Origin: a virus
IMG/VR virus record: IMGVR_UViG_3300046011_004498
Span: 8,848-72,847 of that record
Length of the DNA: 64,000 bases
Reading direction: 5' to 3' (one strand)
In this document: positions 19,901 to 28,778 of the stretch, one piece after another
How the letters are laid out: each line of letters begins with the position of its first letter
Position numbering within the stretch: position 1 is the first letter of the stretch
Notes under the pieces: generated by a model
Told to the model about the DNA's origin: nothing
What the model saw: the letters and a program-made list of their open reading frames with translations, nothing else
Databases searched by the model: none
Translations under genes and position numbers: made by a program

Positions 19901-22900
19901 CATCAAGGCTTCCCCCGGTCTGATCGGTGGTCGTCTTATGATCTTCGACGGTATCAATCTGTCGATTAAAGATGCGATTGCAAATGGTGTAGCTATTAAC
20001 AAAACTACGCTTGATGCCATTCAGTCTGGGACACCGTTCTCTGACTTGATGAAAACGTTCAAAGAACTTACTGAATCATTCAACTTAAGTGTCTTTACTG
20101 AAGAAGAATTGAACAGTGTTGTTGAAAATAACACTGCTGATGAATACAATTTACCTGATGAACTGACACCTTCTGATTTTGTTGAAGGTCTTATCTTTAG
20201 TCTGACAAACAGACTTGATCTTGCATCTAAGCAAGAGCGAGCTCGTCAGGCTACGTTGAAGCGTGTTCACCTGTCTTCAGACCACATGGCAGCAATCAAT
20301 GCTCCTGCGTCTACGGCTGCTGACAATAGCCGTGAAGACCTTGGTGCTTTGACTCCTGAAGAGAAGGCAAAACGTCTGAATGAAATCTACGAGGAAGAGC
20401 TCGCTAAGATTGAGAATGCACCTGTAGTCAAAGACAACACTTCTGAGAACATCAGTAGTGCTTTCGACAACTTGCCTAAGCATGAGACTGGAGTTCGTAT
20501 TACGAACACAGCTCAGCTTACTGAACAATTGAGCAGCCTTAATCTTCCTAGAGAGCAAGCTACACTCATCAATCGTGCTTTGATCGCTCTGAAGAATGAT
20601 AACTGGACGGTCGTTATTGGTTCCAAGAGAGCAGCTACAGATTACCTTACAACAAGAGGTATCCGTCACACCTTCAAGAAGGGTGACAATGGTATTGCTG
20701 CTCCGGGTCAGAAACTGATTGTGGTGGCTAATGGTTCGTCTGAGACTTTGGCTCACGAGCTTATCCATGCTGCGACCTTTGATAAGGTAGATGCATTCTT
20801 CAGTAACCCTGAAGTGCTGGAACCAGCTGTAAGAGCTGCTTTAGAACGTCTGGTTATTCTACAAAATGAATGGCTTAGTGCCACTTACTTACGCAAAGTG
20901 AACGGACCTGACGACACTGTGCTTCATGCAAGAGCAGCTATTGAAGGCTTCTTGAGAAAGGGAGATCAGTCGTCTGCTTTGAATGAATTCATGGCATGGA
21001 ACTTGGCTAACCAAGGTCTGATGAATCTGAACTCTAAGATCAAAGTTGAAAGCAAGCTGGCTCGTATCACCAGAGAGATGGTTTCTCTGCTTAAGCGTAT
21101 GTTCTCTCTGCCTGACAATAATGATCGTATGGATTGGAACATTCGTTTCAACTCCTTGATTGTTATTGGCAGCAAGCCACTTACACCCACCCTTCAAGCA
21201 GCTAATCGAATTCTTCAGCACTCTACTGGGACTCGTCCTGATCTGGATGACATCGCTCAGAAGATGGCTAAACTTGTTGGTCGTGCTGATATCAATCCTG
21301 AGCTTATGAAAAAGCTCAAGATTAAACCTAGTGAAATGGCCTTAGCTTATGGTGAAAATGCAGCCATTATTGCTAAAGCTAATGGCTTTGACATGAGTAA
21401 CGAAGAACAACGTGCTTTCGTTATGATGGTTGCTGCTTATCATGCGAACCAAATTGCTGATCCCACCTTCAACGTTAAAATGAATAACTACTACAGCGAA
21501 GTGCTGGAGCAGTTAGACCAAAACGTTATGATGATGGACAGGGATTCTAAAGACCCAGCAGAAGCTGCACGCGCTGATATGCGTTACGATATCCTGCGTG
21601 GTAAGTTCGATATGGGAGTCGATATGCTTGCTGTGTTTGTGGCCTTAGGCGCTACAAACGAGATTGCTCAAACGCTCTTCAGTCGTATTCGCGTCAGAGA
21701 CAAAAAGCTGTCCTTACAAGGTAACACTGTTGACAGTGTGCTGCGTAAGGATGGCGCAGCCCTGATCGATAAGCTGATGGATAACTCCTACAGCCTTCGT
21801 CCAAATCAGAAGATTGGTGATGAAGTTCTTAAGCTGGCTGTAGCTATGGTTGAGAAATCTGATCGTGAGCAAGGACTTCTGAACAAAGCTTTCGGTGAAA
21901 CTGGTAACTTTGTTCGCAAGGCTAACGACAAGCTGGCGGACACCATTTCCTACGGCTTAGGGAAGACTGCTGACGCGATCCAACAAGGAATCGATGCCTC
22001 GAAGGGTACATCCTTAGAGGGCGTTGTAGGACCCCTTGGAGACGTTCTGAAGCTGGGTGTCGAAGTCATGGATAAAGCTAGAACGCAGGATGCTGTGTCT
22101 AAGCTGACTTCCATGCTTAACAGCAATGATATTCATCCTGAAATCAGAAGCATCATTGTAGAACTTATGGGTTCTAATGAAGATAACCAGACTATCTTTG
22201 AGCTGATCAAAAAGGGTCGAATGGTTATCGATAAAGTTCGTCAGGCATTCTTGAAGGGTATGCCTAAGCAAATCAAAGATAAGTTTACCAGAACTCTGAC
22301 TAAAGAAGAGTGGGCTGCTCAGCACTTTGCTTATGGTCAATCTGACATCTCTGTTCTGTTGGATCAGAAGATGTCTATTGAAGGTATCATTGATCTGTTT
22401 GCTACACCGTCTTCTATTCCTCAGCTTCTGTCTCAGAAGGAAGCTGAAGTTAAGAGACTGTTTGGTAATCAAGCTAACACTATCCTGAAGGAATCGTATG
22501 ATCTTGCACAAATGATGGATCGTGGTCGTCCTTCAAATGGATTGGTTAAGCGTAATGCTCTGGCAATTGCTAACCGCGCAGGTGAAGCGACAGTTGGTAC
22601 ATTTGACATTCTGAGCCCAGAAACCAAGGCAATCGACGGATATGTGTCCTTGTTGGTTCTGTCTCGTATGCAACCAGATATGATGAACACACTCAGCACT
22701 TTAGCTAAGACTGAGCGTGTTGGTATGGAGTATGCATTAGCTCTGGTGGCTCAAGCTCGCGCACATGAGATGAAGCGTGTTCCTGAGCGTCATAAGTACA
22801 ATATCAACAAGGGCTATATGCCCACTGAAAAGCTTGGTTCGTTTAAGGCTGTGCCTTACGATAAAGTTAATGAGTATACCAAGGTTGGGTATAAGATTGT

Positions 22901-24554
22901 TGGTAGTAGAACTATTGGTGCTGTCGAAGGTCTGTATGATAATGGAAAACAACGTGTTTATGTTGCTACTGATTTAACAGCTCCTGCTGTTAAACAAGGT
23001 ATCATGCGTACCATTCGTCCTACTGTGTTTGGTTTAGATATTTCTAGCGGTGCTTCGTATGACAACCCGTCTGCTGGATTGATTACTGACATTACTGCTG
23101 TGAGACAAATCACTAAAGCTCTTCAAAAGAAGAGTGATAATGATAAGCTTCTTTCTCCTCTTTATAATAAAGATGGTGAAATCTATGCTTATGAGAGATT
23201 AGTTGATATAGCTGATGTCGAACACAATCTTGAAACTCAACAGAATGTAGCTGTGTCTGTCGGTATGTGGATGGGTCGTCAACATGAAGAAATTCAAGCA
23301 CGCATCATTAATGATGTGCTGATTGAGCGTATGGCTAAAATGTATGAGACAGCGGGTCGTCGTGCACAGACTGACGAGTTTGTTGATCTGAAAGAATTAG
23401 CTGCAACTGATCCTGTAATTGCTGATGCTATGTCCTTGATCAATGATCAGGATATGAGGGAAATCTACGCCCGTATGGGCGGTAAGTTCATGGTCAGAAA
23501 AGACCTGTACAATAACATTATTGGTTTCCGAACCATGAGCATTGGTGATCTCTGGACGGGTAACACCACTCTTGAGAAGAATAATAGAGAAGCAGCAGCT
23601 AACTTCCTTACAGGTATCTTAGGTCCTGAAGCTTACCGTCGTTTAACTGTCGGTGAACAAGCTTGGGAAAACCTGATGGGAGATGCACGTACTGCTATCG
23701 TTATCAAATCTATGTTGGTTCCAGCATTGAATGCTGCGGCTAACTTCTTTCAGCTTATGGCTAACGGCATTGGTCCTATTCAGATCGCCATGAAGACGAC
23801 TGAAATGCTCAGAGAGACTCATTTCTATGCACAAAAGCAGTTAGAGCTTCAGAGCTTAGAAGTGGATTTGGCTAGAGCACGAGGAGCCAAGCGTCCAGAT
23901 GAGGTTCGTATTCTGGAAACCAAGATGCGTGTCATTGAAGATATCATCAAGCGTCTGGCTATCTATCCTCTGATCCAAGCAGGTGAGTTTAACCAGATTA
24001 CCGAGGGTCTTACTCAAGATGATCTGGAAATGACTAAAGGACGTATGTGGGATCGTGTTAGTAAATGGGCTGACAAACTTCCGCCTGCTGTGAAAACTGC
24101 TGGACGTTATGCTGTAGTGGCTAAAGATACTGCTCTGTTTGATGGTCTTACAAGAACTGTTGCCTATACAGACTTTGTTGCTAAGGCAGTTCTCTATGAT
24201 CATCTGACAAGAGTTGTTAAAAAGACCAAAGCAGAAGCCTTGCTGGCTATTACCAACGAGTTTGTAAACTATGACTTACTTGCAGGTAGAGGTCGCACAA
24301 AAGCTGAAGCTCTTGGTTTAGTTTGGTTCCCTTCCTTCAAGATTCGTTCGATTAAAGTTGCTGCTAGTTTGATTAGAAACAACCCGCTTCATACGTTCTT
24401 GAGTTCACTGGTTCCGGGTTCTTACGAAGCTGGTACAGTCATGGATGATAATGGGGTCAATCTCATTCTCGATGGTCGTGCAGATAATGCATTTGGTATC
24501 TGGAATGCATGGAGAGGTGCTGCACTTCTTCCTGTTGCTCAGGTAATTAACTAA
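13980..24554 (+). CDS. virion-encapsidated RNA polymerase (N4 gp50, vRNAP)
   Basis: ~3520 aa; TSVNRMQ, motif A YVEADG, motif B RGQLKNPMTITVYGSG, motif C IFDG; no Cys seen from ATG 13980 onward, as known for N4 vRNAP. Confidence 0.96.
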   Translation: MSNERFLSAVPQEAVEPDYYNVGAARYRGNGSLVPNERFQDARTMNADELVAKYGEEQGLQILRARAGGDASFHGDLASTRSGLAPITDTAGSAATALFGGLGGIAALGTGLVNQDAGVGLADIVNENSAWARENQSYALNARRRASAAQANVSSADNQARYEQEREDGEGLATIRRIGRNFVDQSAITVSDGMLVTDSVAQGVGSLAGGGVVSGGLKAIGRQALTRFGAGRSAAVAIAQPRVYDAAVATGRVLDRSRMSLAIGALEGGGAYTGTIDQVMAMSHDELLESSQMYRELIDAGINPARAKARVANRAGQIAAAIQAPIGVATGALVSKFEANPLRAGSFLTGASNVLKETVEEGIQSGSGQFAQNVGIRSAADNEYNLSQGVGEASAEGAIAGAGTAGVFAGPSAVMGTTRDLAQGAADLTRRQIDSLINKGREENNRNSVDAQAEISNVVRAAVAPKVYVPTQTEGIDPIDDEAEFTTYQNDLAALGQQFGFDPQTYEPKTEAEARLLGSIPAEEASNIIDVMQAAANRMAEQDATPEERLELALFIHEQQNRITPENLEAVRALQAKVTPGGAIANDLKTIITAQAAITDNILFKDSLEAALKSVPPIKVEDVEDISTPEGQRAARTGALQTMLFPETVPQEVLDRLFKHSENDDAGEIFTPQQKVALRTEAMLSKTLQASTAAAEVLGVKPPEASRVAFEIQSADAQEAGSAGPSVRAHTEGVNRLKAMGDTAGAAEMLAEFGNFAQHMANKLAAVNESFVGRTEKNYNPEVFYQAYNRKTKEWYTPKKGWTVARFGKNLKSIVDSQQIGIDAEYTIDSYNQLVAENPELGLKPVEAIRMDSGLKKIADQVFKDAKKADFDEKNPDIVAKRSESTTIETKQQNNTTDTKSTEKKVEPVVEPDIKPSVVVDDLKNESIPTLVALLKEVQELKDEVKFERVASELRVRKLEAEAAKNAAQVQAAEVVAEPKAEPEVQATEEAAPVEKKTTSIKEEFPDLIQSTSGENLLLDGFSLDGESQTRLVGEGAIALEDVIAAVTNSDAFAEITEEPEAKLSGDVTRAYSKVMGAIRLPIYTRLMARFAGRRLKKNEKIFTPVMDGRTPLDKSDPLGIANTEARLLSLMERKEDGSLNYNDKILTAGLLALADWLAQNSVTSPHRDADSVARSLNLTRQPMLVDEELVNAFNKGTNITIAQRSLANKIERYLGLKANADVPIGLSHGVTLGFAAELLRAAVEAKFVQTESVYKSDEFNFVFVNVNTDELGLAKYGQEGPNFKGQTRLIERIVTNDERAVGFALKPSGFAKKKQKGGNAVTTPEQMDTEVRENAVGHGLNMPVYERYARLGPDGMLRLFGNGVLPPTMNKNTRLSKESQNTSVKGAFQTILGLIDQMQTAVSTATSAAELKDIRVYYEYIFTSVNRMQQQAAYGNQSSKMVREVLTPNGNVVDLSSTDTADYQMWRRGLAQALGIKVELQFDSVWDANLEKILQSEETQKAVSMLQNYTNVEPNALIDAVKDVFRNKNNPLIDPEVPEVGFHALVSYADYLTAKANGTASAFTTHIYVEADGKVDGATNSLFYMRLGGFDLEMIEALTRGGFDFSKTPISLAQTYEPNAEGVVPGDAYQVSGVRTGVYMQETIQNVISKANDSAQKSKLINQVEAMNIVMTTLLGSKEFRYKRDGEQWNFEIGRGQLKNPMTITVYGSGVKGIADKVAKELAGKLYEEISRANALAVQNKQPDNWATFMFYDGGKFTESATKSVTFWKALDVLTSASVRSFTDDGGQQKYYTKKMDEARAPGTSTSAVQYTLKAQTLELLSDTIRQFYVRPMVDAINKEMGSSIDGSKLIQESTNLLSSLARAAFDRLIAVEMQKIKNKSDGLSPNQIKTIMSKVAFLLPYIEGDEININVKGLEMSPINVIDPKTGKPSRIPYASTMNGPIFTQLEIPTPQIAGVAGGSYLNIAYGDGRMIIKASPGLIGGRLMIFDGINLSIKDAIANGVAINKTTLDAIQSGTPFSDLMKTFKELTESFNLSVFTEEELNSVVENNTADEYNLPDELTPSDFVEGLIFSLTNRLDLASKQERARQATLKRVHLSSDHMAAINAPASTAADNSREDLGALTPEEKAKRLNEIYEEELAKIENAPVVKDNTSENISSAFDNLPKHETGVRITNTAQLTEQLSSLNLPREQATLINRALIALKNDNWTVVIGSKRAATDYLTTRGIRHTFKKGDNGIAAPGQKLIVVANGSSETLAHELIHAATFDKVDAFFSNPEVLEPAVRAALERLVILQNEWLSATYLRKVNGPDDTVLHARAAIEGFLRKGDQSSALNEFMAWNLANQGLMNLNSKIKVESKLARITREMVSLLKRMFSLPDNNDRMDWNIRFNSLIVIGSKPLTPTLQAANRILQHSTGTRPDLDDIAQKMAKLVGRADINPELMKKLKIKPSEMALAYGENAAIIAKANGFDMSNEEQRAFVMMVAAYHANQIADPTFNVKMNNYYSEVLEQLDQNVMMMDRDSKDPAEAARADMRYDILRGKFDMGVDMLAVFVALGATNEIAQTLFSRIRVRDKKLSLQGNTVDSVLRKDGAALIDKLMDNSYSLRPNQKIGDEVLKLAVAMVEKSDREQGLLNKAFGETGNFVRKANDKLADTISYGLGKTADAIQQGIDASKGTSLEGVVGPLGDVLKLGVEVMDKARTQDAVSKLTSMLNSNDIHPEIRSIIVELMGSNEDNQTIFELIKKGRMVIDKVRQAFLKGMPKQIKDKFTRTLTKEEWAAQHFAYGQSDISVLLDQKMSIEGIIDLFATPSSIPQLLSQKEAEVKRLFGNQANTILKESYDLAQMMDRGRPSNGLVKRNALAIANRAGEATVGTFDILSPETKAIDGYVSLLVLSRMQPDMMNTLSTLAKTERVGMEYALALVAQARAHEMKRVPERHKYNINKGYMPTEKLGSFKAVPYDKVNEYTKVGYKIVGSRTIGAVEGLYDNGKQRVYVATDLTAPAVKQGIMRTIRPTVFGLDISSGASYDNPSAGLITDITAVRQITKALQKKSDNDKLLSPLYNKDGEIYAYERLVDIADVEHNLETQQNVAVSVGMWMGRQHEEIQARIINDVLIERMAKMYETAGRRAQTDEFVDLKELAATDPVIADAMSLINDQDMREIYARMGGKFMVRKDLYNNIIGFRTMSIGDLWTGNTTLEKNNREAAANFLTGILGPEAYRRLTVGEQAWENLMGDARTAIVIKSMLVPALNAAANFFQLMANGIGPIQIAMKTTEMLRETHFYAQKQLELQSLEVDLARARGAKRPDEVRILETKMRVIEDIIKRLAIYPLIQAGEFNQITEGLTQDDLEMTKGRMWDRVSKWADKLPPAVKTAGRYAVVAKDTALFDGLTRTVAYTDFVAKAVLYDHLTRVVKKTKAEALLAITNEFVNYDLLAGRGRTKAEALGLVWFPSFKIRSIKVAASLIRNNPLHTFLSSLVPGSYEAGTVMDDNGVNLILDGRADNAFGIWNAWRGAALLPVAQVIN

Positions 24555-24556
24555 TT

Positions 24557-24593
24557 AAAAAACTAAAGGCCCCTCATTAAGAGGGGCCTTTTT
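24557..24593. terminator. bidirectional terminator between vRNAP and the wHTH gene
   Basis: AAAGGCCCCTC-attaa-GAGGGGCCTTT flanked by A and T runs between convergent genes. Confidence 0.9.
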
Positions 24594-25050
24594 AATCTAT
24601 GTAATAGGTTACCAATTTTTTGTTTTTCTTTGTTTTAATTGGATGTCCTAACTTCTTAAGTTCGGAAACAATGATGTAAAGTCTTCGTTGAGTTGTGGTT
24701 ACTTTTTGAAAATCTGTAGCTTTTAATCCACCATTACGCATAGCTGTAAGCACTTTATCCTTAACAGGATTAGCCCTAGTAGGGGGAGGTCGATCTCCGG
24801 GCTTAGTGGGTGGCAGCTTAAGAAGACGGTCAATGCCTTGTTGAGTAATAGTAAAGACTGCTTCTTTCTTGTTTTCTTGGGTTAATGTAGCTAAGCCCAT
24901 GGCTATATTTAAAGAGTTAGCAACACGAACAGAGGTCGGTTTGTTGTTTAGCAAAGCAGCTAATTCTTCATTGGTTCTAGGACCAACGGCGTACAGCATC
25001 ATTAAAATACGATTATGCAGAAGATATAGGTTGGTCGTTGGATGCTTCAT
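24592..25050 (-). CDS. basic protein with two probable winged-helix DNA-binding domains
   Basis: From MKHPTT (152 aa): ILMMLY..GPRTNEELAALL...FTITQQG, Pro linker, KVLTAMR...LYIIVSELKKLGHPIKT...TYYI. Confidence 0.6.
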   Translation of the reverse strand: MKHPTTNLYLLHNRILMMLYAVGPRTNEELAALLNNKPTSVRVANSLNIAMGLATLTQENKKEAVFTITQQGIDRLLKLPPTKPGDRPPPTRANPVKDKVLTAMRNGGLKATDFQKVTTTQRRLYIIVSELKKLGHPIKTKKNKKLVTYYID

Positions 25051-25141
25051 TACGTTGACTTTCAGTCGAATATGCTTTGTATACGTGAACACTTTGAGCG
25101 TCACATTGGAGGGGTCTGTGCCCACACCATATCTTAAGGAA

Positions 25142-25486
25142 ATGGCACTCATTTCTCGTAACAATGAAGCTATTTCCAAAGTAATTTTGCTTACAAAGCT
25201 GGTAGATGGTGTTCGTGTTCCTGTTGATTTGAACGGTAGAACCTTCTTCTCACAAGCAAGATACGGTAAAAACACCCTGAGTGATCTGATCTGCAACATT
25301 AACGTTGCTATCTATGGTGATCCTCTTGATGGAAAGATTCTCCTTTCAGTAGATGAAAACGTAATGTTGAATCTTAGTCCGCTGAAAGGACATTACGATA
25401 TCGTTACTCGGACTGGTTCTGGTCCTAGAGACAACATTTTTGTAGCCCCCTTCATTGTTGAAGGTGGGGTCAGCAATTGGGATTAA
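25142..25486 (+). CDS. small beta-rich fibre adaptor/anchor protein (copy A)
   Basis: AAGGA before ATG 25142; VDLNG..FFSQAR...YDIV pattern typical of small proteins preceding phage fibres; similar to 37787-38125. Confidence 0.65.
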   Translation: MALISRNNEAISKVILLTKLVDGVRVPVDLNGRTFFSQARYGKNTLSDLICNINVAIYGDPLDGKILLSVDENVMLNLSPLKGHYDIVTRTGSGPRDNIFVAPFIVEGGVSNWD

Positions 25487-25492
25487 GTTGAT

Positions 25493-27448
25493 ATGGCTGA
25501 AGAGATTGAAGTTGTCTTTCTGAATGAAGGACTTCCCGGCCCTCAAGGCTACGCAGCTGAAGATGTACTTGAAGCTGGCGCTGAACAGGTTGCTGCTATC
25601 AACGCACTGGCTGCCAGCAAGACAGCTTTGCTGAACAGCACAGCTACTAACGCTATTGTAGATTTTAACAGTCAAGCTGACATTAAGATCGAAGACCTCA
25701 ATGCAATGTCGTTGGCTCTTGAAACAGCCATCAATGATGCAAATGATACTATTGCAGCTGCACAGAGTGTTGTTGATGATGCAGCAGCTCAAGTTGTCTT
25801 GGCCGAAGCTCAGGTAGCTTTAGCTGAAGATCAGGTTGCCTTAGCAGCTGCACAAGTTGTTCTAGCTGAAGCTCAAAATGCGTTGGCAACTGCCAGCAGA
25901 ATTCTTGCAGAAACAGCCAGAGATGCGGCTATCTCAGCTTATAACTCTGCTCAATTAGCCAGCTTAACTTCAGGATATTATCCTGATAGCCGTTCCTTGC
26001 TTCCTCGTGGTGTAGCTTTTGGTGCTGTAACGGGAGGTTCTGGTTATACTAACGGCGGTCCTTATGATCTCCAGTGGTCTGGCGGTAACATGGAAGCTAC
26101 GCCTACAGGAACCTTTATGGTTTCTGGTGGAGCTATCAGTTCTGTTACGATGACCTCACCGGGTCGTAAGATTGGTACAGCTGCACATACTCTGCCTACT
26201 GCTTCGTTCGCAGCTGCTGGCGGTGGTACTGGTGGTGCATTGGCTCTGACCAGTGTTTCGTTGATTGCTTCAGGTCAATACTACTGGACAGATCACGCAA
26301 CTGATTCCAGCTTAATGATTCTCTACAGCAATGTTCCTGTCTCTGGTGTGCCTACAGCAACATCACAGCTGACAACACTTTCCAAGACAGGCTCTGCCAG
26401 TCTGATTGCTCTGACCACCCCAACAGGTACTGCAAATGCTTTAGTAAGCAGTGCATCAGTAGGTACTCCTGTTGTCTCTGGTGGTGACAATCAGCTTATC
26501 CTTCTGCCTATTGTTACGACAAATACGGGTGCTGTAACTCTTACAGTTCCGGGTATTGGTGGGGGTATCGCTCGTCCTATTAGAGCTACTTCTGGTATGT
26601 CTCTTCTGGCAAACTCCCTTATTGGTGGGCAGTTTGCTCTGTTAAAATATGTCACTGCAGCTGGTGTGTATTTCCTGATCTATCCGAATAACTTGAGCCA
26701 AAATGGTAGGTTTGCTCATGTATTTAGAACAGTTGCTACAACTACTAATGCTATTGTTACACAAACCCAGTATCAAAACCTTTTAGCGTACAACATCAAT
26801 GATTTGTACATGTGTCCTATGGCTGAGGCTAACACCTCAGGTACAGTGACAATGGCTATTGATGGTGTTGGTTCTATACCTTTGATGAGTGCTACAGCCG
26901 ATCTCTTGCCTGTTCCGGCTTGGGGTGCAAATAGCACTATCTTCTTCCGTTATAGACCAGACATTAATAAGTTTATTCTGGCTTTTACTAACTATACAGT
27001 TAGCCCTAGTGATCCAATCTTACCTGCGAAAACGCCGTCTTATCATGTAGTAGGAACTACAGTTGATGGTGATGGTTCTGACAATAAACTGCTTGTTACT
27101 CCGTTAACGCCTCTGCCAAACAATACGTTTGCAGATACTCAACTTCATGTTCGTTTCCCATCTGATCGACCTGCTGAAGGCGGAATGTTGATCAAGATTG
27201 TTGGGTTCAATGATGCTGAGTATTATCAACTGAGAGACAGTAATGCGGTTGATCAAGTAGCTGCTAATCGTTGGAAAGCAGGAGACACTGGAGTAATCGC
27301 TCGTGATCCTGTTACTACGTACATGTATTTGGTTCGGGTTGATCTTAGAACACCGGCTGAAGTGGTAGAAACAGTATCTACAAGCATCACTGAATTCTAC
27401 ACTTCTATGAATAGCCGCATTTATATGCTTTCGAGCTTTGGTAAGTAA
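25493..27448 (+). CDS. fibre/receptor-binding protein 1
   Basis: GLPGPQG N-terminus, Ala-rich heptads (AQVALAE), then three related beta modules (GTANAL..TTNTGAVTL; TTTNAI..ANTSGTVTM; GSDNKL..). Confidence 0.75.
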   Translation: MAEEIEVVFLNEGLPGPQGYAAEDVLEAGAEQVAAINALAASKTALLNSTATNAIVDFNSQADIKIEDLNAMSLALETAINDANDTIAAAQSVVDDAAAQVVLAEAQVALAEDQVALAAAQVVLAEAQNALATASRILAETARDAAISAYNSAQLASLTSGYYPDSRSLLPRGVAFGAVTGGSGYTNGGPYDLQWSGGNMEATPTGTFMVSGGAISSVTMTSPGRKIGTAAHTLPTASFAAAGGGTGGALALTSVSLIASGQYYWTDHATDSSLMILYSNVPVSGVPTATSQLTTLSKTGSASLIALTTPTGTANALVSSASVGTPVVSGGDNQLILLPIVTTNTGAVTLTVPGIGGGIARPIRATSGMSLLANSLIGGQFALLKYVTAAGVYFLIYPNNLSQNGRFAHVFRTVATTTNAIVTQTQYQNLLAYNINDLYMCPMAEANTSGTVTMAIDGVGSIPLMSATADLLPVPAWGANSTIFFRYRPDINKFILAFTNYTVSPSDPILPAKTPSYHVVGTTVDGDGSDNKLLVTPLTPLPNNTFADTQLHVRFPSDRPAEGGMLIKIVGFNDAEYYQLRDSNAVDQVAANRWKAGDTGVIARDPVTTYMYLVRVDLRTPAEVVETVSTSITEFYTSMNSRIYMLSSFGK

Positions 27449-27457
27449 GGAAAAGAC

Positions 27458-28522
27458 ATGGCTCTTGTTGAACATTGGCGTACAGATTTTAATACTGACG
27501 CAAAAGTACAGAAGTTTTTCTACTCTCCGTATCCGGGTGGGTTATCAGCTATTGTCCATCCTCGCAGAGTTGTGACTGCTGATGATGCTGTGTCTTGTAT
27601 TGAGATCAATATCGGTAACGAAGTTCCTGATAAAGAATACTTCAGCACACCTTGGGTGGGTGGTCTTGGGCAAGATGCCTATGACAAGATGGTAGCTGAC
27701 ATTGGTACTCGTACAGCAGGACAAGTCCTGTACTGCTACAGCAATGACAACACTAAGCATGGTCGCTATGTGGTTCAAGCAGGTCCGAGCTTAGGTGCTC
27801 GTACCGGCAGTGTTTCTCCGAAAATGGTTGATGATGAGAACCATAGACGGATCACACAGATCAGACTGCTGCTTCAATCGTACTCTGCTCATGGGGATGC
27901 ATTTGCTCCCCCTGCTCTGGGGTATCCTGACTTCTCGGCGCTGAATGCCAGCATCGGTAGACCGGCCACGGATGACCTGTCGGGTTGGGTCATGCGTTGG
28001 CGTATGAGAGCCCAGAACATGTCGATGGGTCGTAAGACCAAGATCGCTCAACACTTCCAAACTCGTATTCCTGGTGCTCCTCGCATCGGTACTTACGACT
28101 GGGGTGCTGATCCTCTTGGTGATGGTTCTGTGGCTTTCGTGAACGCATTCAACCAAGCTACCTGCATCAGTGATGAACTGGGTTTTGGTGGCGGTGGTCT
28201 GTATGCTGCAAATACGACTGAGTATGTGGCAGACAGTGGTTGGGTGGATATTGATATTCCCCTCGAACCACTGTGGTCTCATTGGCTCATGATGGGTGGT
28301 GGCACCAATAAAGACGGTCATGAAGGTGCAGCTTATACGCATCCTCTCCGTTATGTTGTCAGCAATCCAGCTGTATGGGTCAAAAACTGGACAGGTAATG
28401 CTTACCTTTGTGAAGCACAGTTTAACCCTGATTCAAGTGTTGATCTTCCTGTAATTCCTAACGAAGAGAGTGTTAAAGGTCGCTTGTTAGTGTCTGCTCT
28501 TTCATTCTTACGCGCTGCTTAA
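27458..28522 (+). CDS. hypothetical Trp/Gly-rich protein co-transcribed with fibre 1 (possible tip adhesin or glycan-active subunit)
   Basis: 354 aa ORF with AAGGA RBS, last gene before terminator; function inferred from context only. Confidence 0.5.
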   Translation: MALVEHWRTDFNTDAKVQKFFYSPYPGGLSAIVHPRRVVTADDAVSCIEINIGNEVPDKEYFSTPWVGGLGQDAYDKMVADIGTRTAGQVLYCYSNDNTKHGRYVVQAGPSLGARTGSVSPKMVDDENHRRITQIRLLLQSYSAHGDAFAPPALGYPDFSALNASIGRPATDDLSGWVMRWRMRAQNMSMGRKTKIAQHFQTRIPGAPRIGTYDWGADPLGDGSVAFVNAFNQATCISDELGFGGGGLYAANTTEYVADSGWVDIDIPLEPLWSHWLMMGGGTNKDGHEGAAYTHPLRYVVSNPAVWVKNWTGNAYLCEAQFNPDSSVDLPVIPNEESVKGRLLVSALSFLRAA

Positions 28523-28550
28523 CCTCTGTAAGAATCTAATACAGATAAAG

Positions 28551-28582
28551 AGAAGGCCCTCTGATAGCTCAGAGGGCCTTCT
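28551..28582. terminator. hairpin terminator between convergent fibre cassette and middle genes
   Basis: AGAAGGCCCTCTGA-tagc-TCAGAGGGCCTTCT, 14-bp perfect stem. Confidence 0.85.
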
Positions 28583-28583
28583 T

Positions 28584-28778
28584 CTATTTATGTTCAGGCA
28601 TTAGCCACGGAGTTTTGATATGTTCTTGAACATCTACAAGATGTCTTGTGTGTATATGTCCCATAGCTTTATCAAGTAGATCGCTTAAAAGCTGTTCAGC
28701 TTTACGGGCTCGAAGCAAATATCGAGTATTAGCTTCAAGAAGTTCTTCTACCCTAGCCGAGGTATTTGGCGAGGTCAT
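28584..28778 (-). CDS. hypothetical protein
   Basis: 64 aa, AGGAGG RBS upstream. Confidence 0.7.
   Translation of the reverse strand: MTSPNTSARVEELLEANTRYLLRARKAEQLLSDLLDKAMGHIHTRHLVDVQEHIKTPWLMPEHK

Noticed and set aside
24869-25299. Long overlap of opposite-strand ORFs 24592-25299 and 24869-25486
   Set aside because: Disappears when starts are placed at 25050 (-) and 25142 (+).
25142-28522. All three cassette-1 genes are in one frame separated by single TAA codons (readthrough polyprotein?)
   Set aside because: TAA is rarely read through, the last gene has its own AAGGA RBS, and same-frame neighbours also occur by chance at 5887-11109.
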